A DNA stretch of 41,204 bases from Jimgerdemannia flammicorona (lineage: Eukaryota). Shown piece by piece: positions 1 to 11,873 of this stretch (positions are counted from its first letter, which is position 1; each line of letters opens with the position of its first letter). The notes under the pieces were generated by a model, which was not told the origin of the DNA, searched no databases, and saw nothing but the letters and a program-made list of their open reading frames with translations. Position numbers and translations under genes: made by a program. Location of the stretch: the NCBI GenBank assembly GCA_003990765.1, contig RBNJ01000112.1, positions 1 through 41,204 of the forward strand, given 5' to 3'.

Positions 1-1260
1 AAAAAAAAAAAAGACAACAATATGTCACATGACTATTATACAAAGCTCGAGCCATTAATATCGCATATCTGAACAATGTCACAAGCAATTTATTGCCTAA
101 GTTTCAATATGTCTTTTGATGAAATGATGATATGATTCTCAGAAAGAAGTCTACATACCATTCATTTGAGAAGTAAACCAATTCCGAAAGGCTTCAAGGT
201 TCTCGTGCTATGCAATTCTGACTATACATGGTCATTCCTCCCAACCTCTCATATTACACCCAACAGAGAGGTCAAGAAGATTAAAGATCTCAGTCAAACT
301 GGATGCATGGTTGCACTCCTTGTTGAAGAATTGCTGTACAGGATTCAGGCATTCAACATATACATAGTTAACTACTTCTCCTCTATTTTGTTATTCAAAT
401 ATCTGCAATCAAAGGGAATTGGCACATGCAGGACAGTTAAACCGAATTCGAAGAGGTTTCCACAATAACTCAAGGTTGCAAAAGACTTACAGCCAGCTTG
501 GAATACCAGGTCTGGCATAGTAATTGATAACAATGTTCTGGCATTGCTATGGATGGATAATGGCAAAGTCACTATATTAACAACAATCCATGAACTTGGA
601 CTTGGAGTTAAGTGGAACATCATTCGTGAATGACACCATCCAAGAATTACCAATAAGAATGCCAAATAAGTACCTGAAGTCTAGAGAAATAAACCAAAAA
701 AAAAGCTTCTGATTCCAAAGATCATCAACAATTACAATCATTATATGGGAGGGGTTGACATTGCTGATCAATGCCATTCATACTATAATATGCAGATTAC
801 GGCCTATTATAATTGGATGTTGATATTCTTCTGGCTATTAGACACTACCATCATCAACTTGTACTTGATGTATAAGTTAGTGACAGGGTTCAAGATGTGG
901 CATGGCGATTTCCAGCATGACTTGGCTTGGAAACTCATAAGGCTAGTGAGCAATAAAGAAAATGAGCAAAAGACACAAAAACGTCAACACAAAGATATTC
1001 CGGAAACATCATGTAAGAAGCATATTATAGAGAAATCATATAGTTTGGATCCTGCCTGACATACCCCTGGTGACCATCTACCAGAGTATCAAAAACACCA
1101 TGAGGTATATATCTGGTGCCATTACCAAGCAAAGATTGGCCAAATTGAAATAAATAAGTGGCACCCACCACAAAGCAATATTATCTGTCAATTATATAAT
1201 ATGATACTCTGTATAAATAATCAGTGTAGTTGTTTCACAGAATATCATACAATGAGTTAA
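1..1260 (+). pseudogene. piggyBac-like (PGBD / DDE_Tnp_1_7) transposase, degraded, 5' part outside the window
   Basis: Motifs read through stops: SFDEMMI*FS..SLHTIHLRSKPIPKGFKVLVLC, (D>V)NYFSSI.LF..L..KGIG.C.TV, WMDNGKVTILTTIH, YNHYMGGVDIADQ, W..IFFWLLD..IIN.Y, and a decayed Cys-rich C-terminus ending CFTEYH..TAA at 1258-1260. Confidence 0.92.
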
Positions 1261-1359
1261 TATACATTGGTATTATGAATAAAGCAAAAGCGATGATAAT
1301 GCATAATCACCTCAGGCATGTTCAGGTAGGAATAACCATTGACATGAACATGAATAATT

Positions 1360-1655
1360 GTTCAGGTATACATGAGGTGAATAACTGTCCAGGTATATAT
1401 AAGGAGGAATAGCCATCTGGGTATACGCAAGGAGGAATAGCTGTCCAGGTATACATAAGATAAATAACCATCCAGGTATACATAAGGAGGAATAGCCATC
1501 CAGGTATACCCAAGAATATATGCGAGGAGGATAAACCATCCAGGTACATACAAGGAGGTTAAACTGTCTAGGTATATATGAGGAGATCAAACCATCTGGG
1601 TATATACGAGGAGGTCAAACTGTCCGGGTACACACGAGGAGGATAAACTGTCTGT
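1360..1655. repeat. ~28-bp degenerate tandem repeat, about 10-11 units
   Basis: Unit ~GGAGGAATAGCCATCCAGGTATACATAA; GGAGG recurs at 1403, 1431, 1486, 1525 and 1553. Confidence 0.9.
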
Positions 1656-1779
1656 ATATATAAATATGCAAGGTAGAAGCAATAACTCTGTCTGGCACTG
1701 CACTCTATCTGACACTACACCTCCATCTGATATCACATTGCATGTCTGGTGCCACTTCTGGCAATGCTTCTGATACTGC

Positions 1780-2661
1780 TCAGCCTTTGGGAGACCGATG
1801 GTCGCAGCTCTCATCTGAGTTGTCATGATTCTGATTCAGTTGTTGGCAGTATTCGGTATATGAATGCTCTTGGGAGTAGCACAAGACACAAATATAGATA
1901 TAAGAGCATGGTCCTTCACAGGAATGCTTATATAGTGAAAATTTAAAATCTCTGTCATGTTTGTTATAGCACCGACATATTTGAAATGTAGTAGAAATGA
2001 GCTCTGAGCGAGATTCAGCATGAAGAGATATCATCGATTGTTTGAATTCAGATACCACTGCTCTGGAAGATAACTGTGTTTCAGGAATGAAGGATGGTTC
2101 ATCTATCTTCATCGTGGGTCTCAATGTGGCTGGAGTAGATTGGCTTGGCATAGGTTGGCTTAGTGTAGGTTGGCTTGGTGTAGATTGGCTTGGTGTAGGT
2201 TGGCTTGGCATAGGTTGGCTTGGCATAGGTTGGCATATTGGAATAGCTTGGGGTGTTGGAGTAGTTGGACATTAAAGGGTTGTTGAAGATTCTCCAAGAG
2301 GCAAACTTAGAACAACAAACAGGAATGGAGATGGGTCATTGCAGGGCATATGGGGGGATCCACACTGGCACATATCAGTGAGAAGGTGATCAAGAGATTG
2401 CAAGATCCCAGAGGCCAAATGAGATAGTTGGAGGGCCAAAGTCTGGAGGTTGGTGAGTTCATTAGTGTTATTTTGTAAAGTGGTGTGCTTGGCAAGGCTG
2501 CATATTTTGCAGTAGTCTGAAATGCTATAAATATCAGGGTAGTTGTTCATGGTTACAAGAGCAGAATTGAGGTCTTCGATTCTACTGAAATATGGACAGA
2601 CATAGCAGTCATTAGCGCAATATAGGATGTTACAAACTGGGTAGGAATTGTTGGATGACAT
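1780..2661 (-). pseudogene. Cys/His-rich (zinc-finger-like) ORF with PSQP[TM] repeats, split by one in-frame TAA
   Basis: ORFs 2272-2661 and 1780-2226 are in the same frame and separated by TAA (plausibly from CAA). The C-terminal part reads ICRCYN...SCEGPCSYIYICVLCYSQEHSYTEYC. Confidence 0.5.
2125..2235. repeat. 15-bp tandem repeat (GGTTGGCTTGGYRTA), about 6-7 units
   Basis: Directly visible; encodes PSQPM/PSQPT/PSQST on the minus strand. Confidence 0.9.
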
Positions 2662-2804
2662 ACTTAAAAAAAAAAAAAAAAAAAAAAGAATTAAGGCATT
2701 AAATCAATTGTCATAGTATTCCAGCAAATTCACTGCTTTCAGCATAAAAAGATATCTCATACACATACAAAATGCATACATATATAAATCTACAAAGTGT
2801 GAGC

Positions 2805-3045
2805 CTGTTCATTTGAGCACAAGTATGAGGCTGTTTGTTTAAGTGCGAGTGTGTTTGAGCACATTTGAGTGAGTTTGAGTGCATTTGACTGAGTTTGAGT
2901 GTATTTGAGCATATTTGAGCATGAGTGTGAGCCTATTTATTTGAGCATGAGTGTGTTTGAGTAGCTGTTCATTTAAGCATGAGTGAGTTTGAGCACATTT
3001 GAGTGCATTTGAGTGAATTTGAGCAGGTTTGAGTGCAGGTGCATT
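2805..3045. repeat. ~10-bp tandem array (TTTGAGYRYR), possibly a DNA-transposon subterminal repeat
   Basis: TTTGAG recurs roughly every 10 bp and the array ends about 30 bp before AAGGG at 3072-3076. Confidence 0.8.
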
Positions 3046-3271
3046 TGCTTGATTGTAGGCATAAGTGAAACAAGGGTATTGGAGCCCAAAGGATTTCAGG
3101 AGTATTTGATGATGATGTGTCAATTTCCTTATATCATCAGGGGATAGAGATAGGAGACATCATCAGGGGATGGAGATAGGTAACATTATCAAATTCTTGT
3201 GTCATCCATCCAGATATTATATTCAAAACATTATCCTCCAAATATGGGGGTATTATCATACAGACAAAGGG

Positions 3272-4123
3272 ATAGGTTACAGCACTATGAGTCACGGGGT
3301 TGTAGTAAGCTGGCGGCTGTGGTTTGTGTCACTCGTACTCAGGTGGTGGAGTAGTTGGTTCAATCTCGAGAGTTGTCTGGAGGTATAAGTTGTGTTCTAC
3401 AGTCTCTTTATTATAGTTGAAGTAATCAGGAGTGAACGCGGGTTAGTATTCATACCAGTGGTCATTGTCCCAATAAGTCTTGTATGCTGTTATGAATTGT
3501 TGTAAGTTTATCAGCAAGGTTGGTGGTGTGATCAGGTTTGGCAGAGATCCTTGGCTGGAGGTTATGTTGGCATCAGAGGGGTTATTGTCTTCTACTTCAT
3601 CTTCATCGAAGTGGATTATATCGTAGATGTCCTTTATGGTGTATCCAACTTGGGACATTTGCAGGATATGATCATTGGGGTGTGGGAAGGTTCTGTCTAT
3701 GGTTTTGATGTACTCAAGGTACTTGTGGTTGAGTTTTTGTATTATGTCGTCGATTTGGCCATAGGATAGGGTAGCAACCATTTCAGCTGTGATAACTTGG
3801 AGATAGGGAATAACAGTGCTATACTCATAGAAGAGTTCTCGATGTTTGCAGGCAATAAGCGTCTGGTGTTGAGACATCTGGATAATATCTATATTGTGGT
3901 GGTATTTGATCATATCTTCCAGGAGGCAGCCAATCTGGTAGTAGCTTGAGATTTGTCCAATTTGGTGGGCCTCGCTAAGCATGTTCAGAGCATTCCATCA
4001 GGCTTTCATGAAGTAGAGGAGTGCTAGGCTATAGATATTCATGAGGGGCAGAGGGGATGTGGCTTAGTTGATAATGGTATTCCAAATATCAGCGTGGATA
4101 TGGGTATAGATCTCAGTAGTCAT
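3272..4123 (-). pseudogene. LTR-embedded ORF of unknown function, copy 1 (best-preserved N-terminal part)
   Basis: ATG at 4123 (MTTEIYTHIHADIW...). Includes ORF 3443-3982 and continues to ...PPPEYE*HKPQPPAYYNP. Most stops correspond to CGA/CAA codons in other copies. Confidence 0.75.
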
Positions 4124-4190
4124 GTTTGTGTGTTTAGAAGTTGTAGTTGTTGTTTATTTTGGTTCTCTGATTCGATGTGTCTCAGTGCTC

Positions 4191-4217
4191 AGTATATATG
4201 CATTTGGTCCTGATTGG
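4191..4217 (-). promoter_or_regulatory. CCAAT box plus TATA-like element about 70 bp upstream of the LTR-ORF ATG
   Basis: Minus strand reads CCAATCAGGACCAAATGCATATATAC; recognisable in all four LTR copies (e.g. ~18345-18370 and ~34128-34155). Confidence 0.45.
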
Positions 4218-4380
4218 TAAGATTCTGTTTGTGTGAATCTTGTATTCTATGACTTTGGTTTAACTTAGCTTCATGATCAAGCAGGTGATTTCCAGATTTG
4301 TTCAGAGCTCACATGTGATTTCAGTGGCTTGTTCAGAGGGTGATATGTAATTTTGGTGGCTTGGAGGTTGTGTGCTTACA

Positions 4381-5555
4381 TATATCATACCCTTCTGGCC
4401 TTTAAAATACCAGACAGATATTTAGTCAGCCTCTCTCCTTCTTCTAACTACCTAGCCCTCAGCCTAGCTACCAGGCTATCTACTGCTCTATTCTCAGCTA
4501 TTCTTAAATCTGCCTGCAACTCTGCCACCTCTACTGCTAACTAGTGGTATACCTCTCCAGATAAGTTCCCCTCTTCCATTAGCTTCAATCACCATTATAG
4601 TCCTTTTTCTACCCTCCTTTTCTTGTCCTTCTGCTCCTTCCCCACTACCTCTCTAATATCATACCAGTAAGCACCTGTCAGATGTTTGAATTTACCCCAC
4701 CATTCTGCTATCAACTGCCCATTATTCTGCCATCATGCTACTTCCTATCTCACAATGGCCACAAACTGTTTCTTCTCCTTCTTCCTCCTAAGCAAAGCCA
4801 CATTAAGACATCAGTGCCCTCCACCACTGTCTACTGTTTAGAATCTACCACACACCTCTACTCTCTAATGATCTAACCAAGGGCACCAATGTATCTCTAC
4901 AATATTCAATATATTGCTCCAATATTTGACTACTAGCACCCAATCAATTTATCTCTCAACCAATCCTCCACTAACTGAGTACTATCAGGTGAAAGATCCT
5001 GACTTGTCCCCCTGATGCAGATAGATACCATCTATCAGTCCCATGTCACACTCCACCTGAAGCCACCAAGATAGTCTAGAGGATACTGCTACTCCAGTCT
5101 CACCATCTGACCTATCCAGTATCCTATCATATATCATATTGAAGTCCCCCCCCCAGAATGTCCAATACAACTGCCCCCTGACCCTCCCAAGCCTGCCAGC
5201 CCTCAACTCATTGGTTTTACTCTCTGCTAACTACAGAGAGATAAACCAAGCCTACTGCCAAACCATTACCTGTCCCTTCTTTTAGTCTTCCCTATACTAA
5301 TCTATCACCATAGACCTCTATCTCCACCAGCTCACCTTTGCCTACACCAACCAAGATGTCCACCTGCTTGTTCCAACCTATACCACTATACCATTCTTTA
5401 CTCCACACCTCATAGTCTTGCTCTTCATAAGCCTGAATATCCTGAAGAAAAACAATATCATATCTTCTGACTTCAAGCTATTGAAATAGCTGCCACCTCT
5501 TAACACTATCATGTAATCTATTGATATTCATTGATAAGATGTGTAAACTGTTCAT
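4381..5555 (-). pseudogene. LINE ORF2 N-terminus (APE-type endonuclease), degraded
   Basis: MNSLHILSMNIN(G>R)L, DIVFLQD, GGDFNMIYDRILDRSDG; many stops. Confidence 0.85.
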
Positions 5556-5627
5556 TATTATCAAAGAAATTGTTTAAAGCTTAGCTGGGACCACCATCAC
5601 TTTCTCTGCCCTTCCTCTAATAATCTC

Positions 5628-7441
5628 TTACTGGTCCTTACAAATTGCCCTCCAGATATAATCATCCTTTGCACTGCTGTAGAAAAGATCCACTCTTTCT
5701 GCTGCTATCTTTCTGATGTCCACCATTCTGCTCTCATCAATATCATATCCTTCATCATCTAAAAGAGCTGCTACCATCACTGTCACCAGCTTAGGCCCCT
5801 GCATTACAATATTAAGAAATCCTTCCCACATCTCCTGAGATCCATGAAATATATCCACTTCCTTGATGTCCTCCTCCACAAGTTTCTCAAGTACTATCTG
5901 ATACCAGTTTTCTGCCATCATCTCCAGGGGCCCAGAAGTCGATGGTCTAGGGGTCCTGCTCAATTTTTGCAACTGTTCTCTATCTGTCAATACATCTGAG
6001 ACCACATCCACCAGGTCATTCTCCTCTACAATCTTCTCCAAATGCACTACCTCACCAGCCTCAGGATACTCCCAATGAACATTCACTGCCCCAGCCATAT
6101 TGGTGTCCTCCATCTGAGTCTCTGGTACTACTTCAGTATTATTCTCAAAACTGCCTTCTCCTACCTCCTCCTTATCTGCCCACTTTCCTCTCACCAGTAC
6201 ATGTACTGAGCTCTCCATGTCACTCAGCTGGGAGAAGGACACCCCTGCTACTTTTACTCCTTCTATCTGATTTCTGGCCACCTCTACTCTCACCTCCTCT
6301 TCCACTGCTGCCCCCTGAAGAGCTGCCTGCAATGCTTCTAATTCTCTTTCCTCCACCTCTTCTACTTACCATCTGCTTGAATCCAGACCCAATCCTTGGC
6401 AAACTCTTCCCACTTCCTCTTTTGCAGCTCCTTGGCAGCCTCTCTCTCTTCTAGAGCAATTGCCAGCTCTTATTCCTCCTGTTCTGCTCCTTTCCTCCTC
6501 CACACCTTGTACTCTTGTCCTCTAATTCGAATTCTTTCAGGCCAATCTCATTCCAGCCCAGTCACCTCCTTGTCCTCCAGTTGCAGTATCACCTCACAGT
6601 TGCCATTCCTCAATTTAGTATCCTTCCAAAATATGAACCCAAAATCCACCATCTCACTATAGCTACCCAGTGCCTCCACCACTATCTCTTTGGTCTCCTG
6701 TCTGCCCAGAGCTAGCAGACCTTCCACCACCAGCCAAACAGCATGTGGATCCCACCTCAAACACCTCACCATTCCAATCCAGACACTCTTGACAGTCAGT
6801 CCTTTCTCCAGTGCCTTCATCATCACATTCTCCTCCACAAATCCAATCTCCACTGCCTCTGCTAAAGGGATGAACTTCAAGGACTCCACTCCAGCCACTT
6901 CATCCCCCACCAGTCTCAGAACCTCTCTAGCTGACATCACCAATCTCAGGAAGTTTACCAAAACCATCTATATTAATGCTGACTTATGAAAGAAGGGCCT
7001 CACCACTAGCTCACCAGTCCCAGCTACCAGAGTCACCTTCCCTTTAGTCCTAGAAATACCAGCAGTTGCCTCACCAGCTACAACTGCACCACCAGCAGTT
7101 CTCTCCCCAGTTACTGGTCTAGCTTCAGAAGAACCAGTCCCCAACATCACACCACCAGACCCCTGCTCCCTGCTGGGCACCTGACCAGCCATCTGACCTA
7201 TCACCTAACCCCTCTCCCTGTCAATACTATGCTCCCTCTACCCCACCTCCAAGGGCCTGACTATGGCCCTCCTGCTCTCCACTATAGTATATCAGCCCTT
7301 GACTCCACCAGATCTCCCCTGACCACCAGCCCCTCCAGCAGCTACACCAGCTCCTGCAATAGCTGCAAAACTCTTATGAAGACCCAGGTCAGACCTCCTC
7401 CTCTCTAGTTGCTTAGAGCTAGAGAAACCTTGACTAGCCAT
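5628..7441 (-). pseudogene. LINE ORF1 (Gly-rich N-terminus, RRM-like core, acidic C-terminus), degraded
   Basis: ORF pieces 6968-7204, 6548-6967 and 5628-6356 align with ORF1 at 35500-37524. Confidence 0.85.
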
Positions 7442-8594
7442 ATTACAAAAAATTATGGTTTGTACCAAAACTTATTGTATCTTGTAGATAGACTCCTACT
7501 GCACAATATATACCAGTATTATCAAAATAAAAACTTACAAACATGTTGTCTTTCACTGAAAGATGTCTGTGTGGCTTAGCTTACTCTGAGTAGTTTGAGC
7601 AAAAGAAGTCCTGCAGAAGTAGCTGTCTGTATTATTGCCAAATAATTCCTGGATATCCTCCAATAGTCCATTGATGGACCATCCAACTTCAGCATTATAG
7701 TGGTAGATAGAGCTCAAACTCAACCCCTTGGAGAAGTATGAAACATTACCATCTCTCTTGGACATATTCAGTTCTCTATCTCAAAAGCTGTTGTCACTGA
7801 AGCTGTCACCTATGATATAATTCTTAGCATCAACTGGATGAAGAAAATGAATACAGTTATTGATATCAGTCAATAAGTACTCAAGTTTGACTACTAAGGC
7901 AAGAAGTACAGAGTTAAGGTGACCAGCTATGAGCAATTGAAGAAGAAGAAGAAGATCACCATTTAGGAAGAATATGCCAGCAGTAAAGAATCTACCACAG
8001 AAGAGGAGGAAGAATCTGAAGATAGAAATAATCCCAGACTCAATCTCTAGATCAATCTAGTAGATAGTAGACCAGAAGACAATATATGGGCCAAGAACAC
8101 TATCTCCATTATCATTGGAGTCATTGCAGAAGAAATCAAAGAATGCCCTATCTACCTCAAGAGATACAAGTGCTCTAAGCACTTCTCCAAGATCATTGAG
8201 ATAAGGAATTCACCTGGCACAGCCTGTCCTGAGTGCAGAAAAAAGAAGAAGAAATACAGACATATTCCAGAAACACCTGTAGCAAAAGCTGCAGAAGTAT
8301 AAGCAATTTGGAGCCAAGAATTATCTGAGGAGAAAGAAGGACTCTCAAGATCTATAATTTAGAAGAAGACATCCTAGCTCTCATCAGATATATAATCTAC
8401 CAAGGAAAGGTAAAAGATGCCACCAACTTCATGGAAGCCCTAGACCCTACTGGAAGAAGAGGAATCAACTATCTCTGAGACCCCTCTACTGGAGCCAGAT
8501 GGCCACACCTCAACCTCAGAACCTGAAGGCTCTCTGTTAGTAGAGCCTCAGCCTAAGGATAGCCTGAACTCAGCAAGAATGTCACCCAGTATGC

Positions 8595-8995
8595 CCTGCT
8601 ATATCCCAAGGCCAAACTCTCAACCAAAGCTCACCCAGAAGATATAAGATATGATCTTCACAGTCTGGAGGATGAATCTATTAAGTCTGGAAAAATATTC
8701 ATAATCAGAACTAGACTAGCTATATAGCCACTCCAAGGAACTTATATCCAACTGACCTCAAGGTCTGGACTTGCCAGATAAGGAATAACTATAGAAGGAG
8801 GAACCATTGACCTGGGATATATAGGTAAAATCAAGATCATCCTACATAACAGTAGTATAGAATAACACTAAATCATTAGAGGACAGAAGATTACCCAAGC
8901 AGTCTTCATGAAGGTCAAGACCCCACAATTATAAGAAGTTCTCAAAATGACTGAAGGAATAAGATAAGCCAAAGAATTTGGAAGTTCAGATAAGA
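8595..8995 (+). pseudogene. dUTPase domain of G1, between protease and RT
   Basis: KAHPEDIRYDL (motif I), SRSGLA (II), GGTIDLGYIGKI (III), KITQAV (IV), IR*AKEFGSSD (V). Confidence 0.9.
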
Positions 8996-11873
8996 AGAAA
9001 GTATATCTCCTTTAAGTCAACCACCTCAAAAGGAATGTTTCCCAGCAAGTGTACTGCCAACTAGTCAGACTGCATAAGAATCTCATTCTAGAGCCTAGAG
9101 AGCAAACTACCTTCAAAATCTTTGTACCACCTGATACCAGAAATCTCTTCTTTGAACCCAATGAAGATATTCTGTACCTGGATATAGAAAGGCACACATT
9201 TCCCATTAAGATGAATCCAGTACACTCCCAAGAAACCAACCAAAGTTGAGAGACTATCATCTTGCCAAAAGGAACCATCATAGGACATCTGATGCCTTTT
9301 CTCAATCAAGCTCATAGAGAAGTTTATGAACTAAACTTATTGGGAAATGGCAAAAAATCTCAGAAGAAAGGAAAGACCCCTCTATAACCCAGGAGATAGT
9401 GAAGCCTTTCATCAATATTGGAGAAGAATTAACATCCCCACAATAGCAACAATTAGTAGAACTCCTCAATAAATATCAATATATCTTTACTACAGATTAT
9501 GGCAACCTGCCATACAACCCATCATACCACTACAGCATAAATATAGGAAATGCAACACCTATCTGGCAGAAATCCTATAGAATACTCCATCACCTAAAAA
9601 TATTCAAAAAGGAGCACATTCAAGAACTCCTAGACAATGGAGTCATCTAACCCTCAACTAGCCCCTGGGCCAGTCCTATATTTATTGTACTAAAGAAAAG
9701 AGGATAGAGACTCTATGTAGATTATAGAAAACTTAATTCAGTTACTGAAAAGAATACTTATCCTTTGCTCAGAATTGACAATATCTTGGACCAGTTATAA
9801 GATACCAGATACTTCAGCAGTATGGACCTTTTTGCAGGATTCCATAAAATCTCTATAGACCCAAAAGACATTCAAAAGACAGTCTTCCTTACTCTAGATA
9901 AACTGTCTGAATATCTCCAAATACTCTTTAGACTTTACAATGCACCCTCCACCTTCCAGAGGATGATAAATTTAGTCTATGCCTCTTTGATCTACTACTG
10001 CCTAATTATATATATAGACAATTCCAATATCTATTCAGTAAATTTCAAGGAATACCTGCACTATCTAGAAGAATTCTTCAAGCTCACTCATAAGACCTAC
10101 CTGAGACTTAATGCTAAGAAATGCTATTTTGGGAAACAGAAACTTGAATTCCTTGGATTCATAGTTTCAAAAGAAGGAATTTATACAGACCCAAAGAAAA
10201 CTGAAAAGATCAACAATTGGCCAGTATCCAAGATCCTAAAGAAAACACTATTATTTCTGATACTAGTATTCTACTACAGAAGATTTATCAAGGACTTTGC
10301 CCAAATTGCTGCCCCAATCCAAGTTCTTCTCAAGAAAGAAGTACCTTATAAATAAACAGAATCACAAGAGAAAGCTTTCAAAGAACTCAAGAACCACATG
10401 ATCATAGCACCAATCCTTATATACCCCAATCTACAGAAGCCATTCATTTTATATACAGATACTTCCAAAGACAGCCTAGGAGCAGTTCTAGCCCAAGAAG
10501 GACCTGACTAACAATACCATATGATAGCTTATACAAGTCAAGCTACCAATCAGCAATAGATGAACTATGGTAGCACCAAACTGAAATACCTTGCAGTCAT
10601 ATGAGCAGTCAATCTGTTCAAGCATTATCTCATTGGAAAAAGGTTCACCCTGATCACAGATCATACAGCTCTCAAATGACTATTCAACTGTAAGGAACCT
10701 ACTGGAATCCTAGCCTGCTGGATTCTTATCCTTCAGGATTACAAAATCACCATTATTCACAAAGTAGAGAAAGCTCACAACAATGTTGATATACTTTCTC
10801 ACCAGCTCTAATGAATCAGAAGAAGGGTGTCCAGAGAAACTACACCCTGAAGAAAGCTCCTTAGACCATCAAGACACCAGAAGATCTCATTCAAAAAGAA
10901 CATCAGAAAGCTCACCAAGAATAGACAAATATAGAAGAAAAGTTGTAAATAATATACCAACATTGGTCCAACCTTAGAACTCAAGTCTAAGACATACTCA
11001 AGAAATATAATACCTGCCAGAAGTACCAAGAAAGAAAGAACTACTAAGTATCACTACAACCAATTGTACCACCAGACAACATCTTTCAGAGATAGAGAGT
11101 AGATGTAATTGAACCCCTACCAGTTATACCAAGAAGAAATAAGTACATTCTTGTATTTGTGGAACATCTAACCAAGTGGTCTGAGGTTTTTCCAATAGAA
11201 ATCACAGATGCCATAACTATTGTAGGCCTTCTCTATAGACTCATACTCAGATATAGACCTCCAGAAGAACTCATCTCTGATCAAGACACAGAATTTATCA
11301 ACAATATAATCATAAGTTATGCCTGAATTCACAAGATCCATCTCAAATAGACTATATCATACTATTCTCAGACCAATGATATAACAGAAAGAATGAATTA
11401 GACTATCAAGAAAGGACTTGCCTGAGTCAATTCTACCAACTGGGACCTCTGCTTATCTGAGATCCTATGGGAAGTTCAAAGCACCTCTGCTGCCTCTACC
11501 AAACAAAAGTCAGTTGAAATGATATTTGTCAAGAAAACTAGAACTACTGACTATGAGAATTTTGGAGATCTTCTCAAGAAGGCAAAACAGTTATGTAATC
11601 AAGTCTGAGTTCAGATTATCAAAGCCCAAGAAAGACAAAAAAAGTACTATAATCAGAAGTAGAAGGATTAGAAGATCAAGATTGGAGATCAAGTATTAGT
11701 CTGGAGAAGTATGATTGAAACAAACTTTGCTACCAAATTAAAGCCCAAATGGGAAGAACTTTATCTTATATACAATATCAGAGGAACCAGTATCTATTTA
11801 AGAAGTATGGACAGATGAACTCTGAGAACACCAGTATACATCAATTGCCTCAAGATATACCTCTCCCCATATC

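Larger units (their letters stand above)
3272..4380 (-). mobile_element. Long-LTR family, copy 1 (5' 1.1 kb of the LTR; similarity to the other copies is lost below ~3272)
   Basis: Begins TGTAAGCACACAACCTCC on the minus strand at 4380 and is collinear with the copies at 18184, 30549 and 34347. Confidence 0.9.
4381..7614 (-). mobile_element. L1/Tx1-type LINE, degraded; 3' part cut off at LTR copy 1
   Basis: ORF1 and the ORF2 endonuclease are homologous to the LINE at 35430-41204 (shared MV.CLRWDP, GGDFNM..D..LDR.DG). The 5' end abuts the G1 protease. Confidence 0.9.

Noticed and set aside
1360-1655. 28-bp periodic array as a CRISPR
   Set aside because: The units are contiguous and degenerate with no unique spacers, there are no cas genes, and the context is eukaryotic TEs. 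The same applies to the arrays at 2805, 13240 and 13720.
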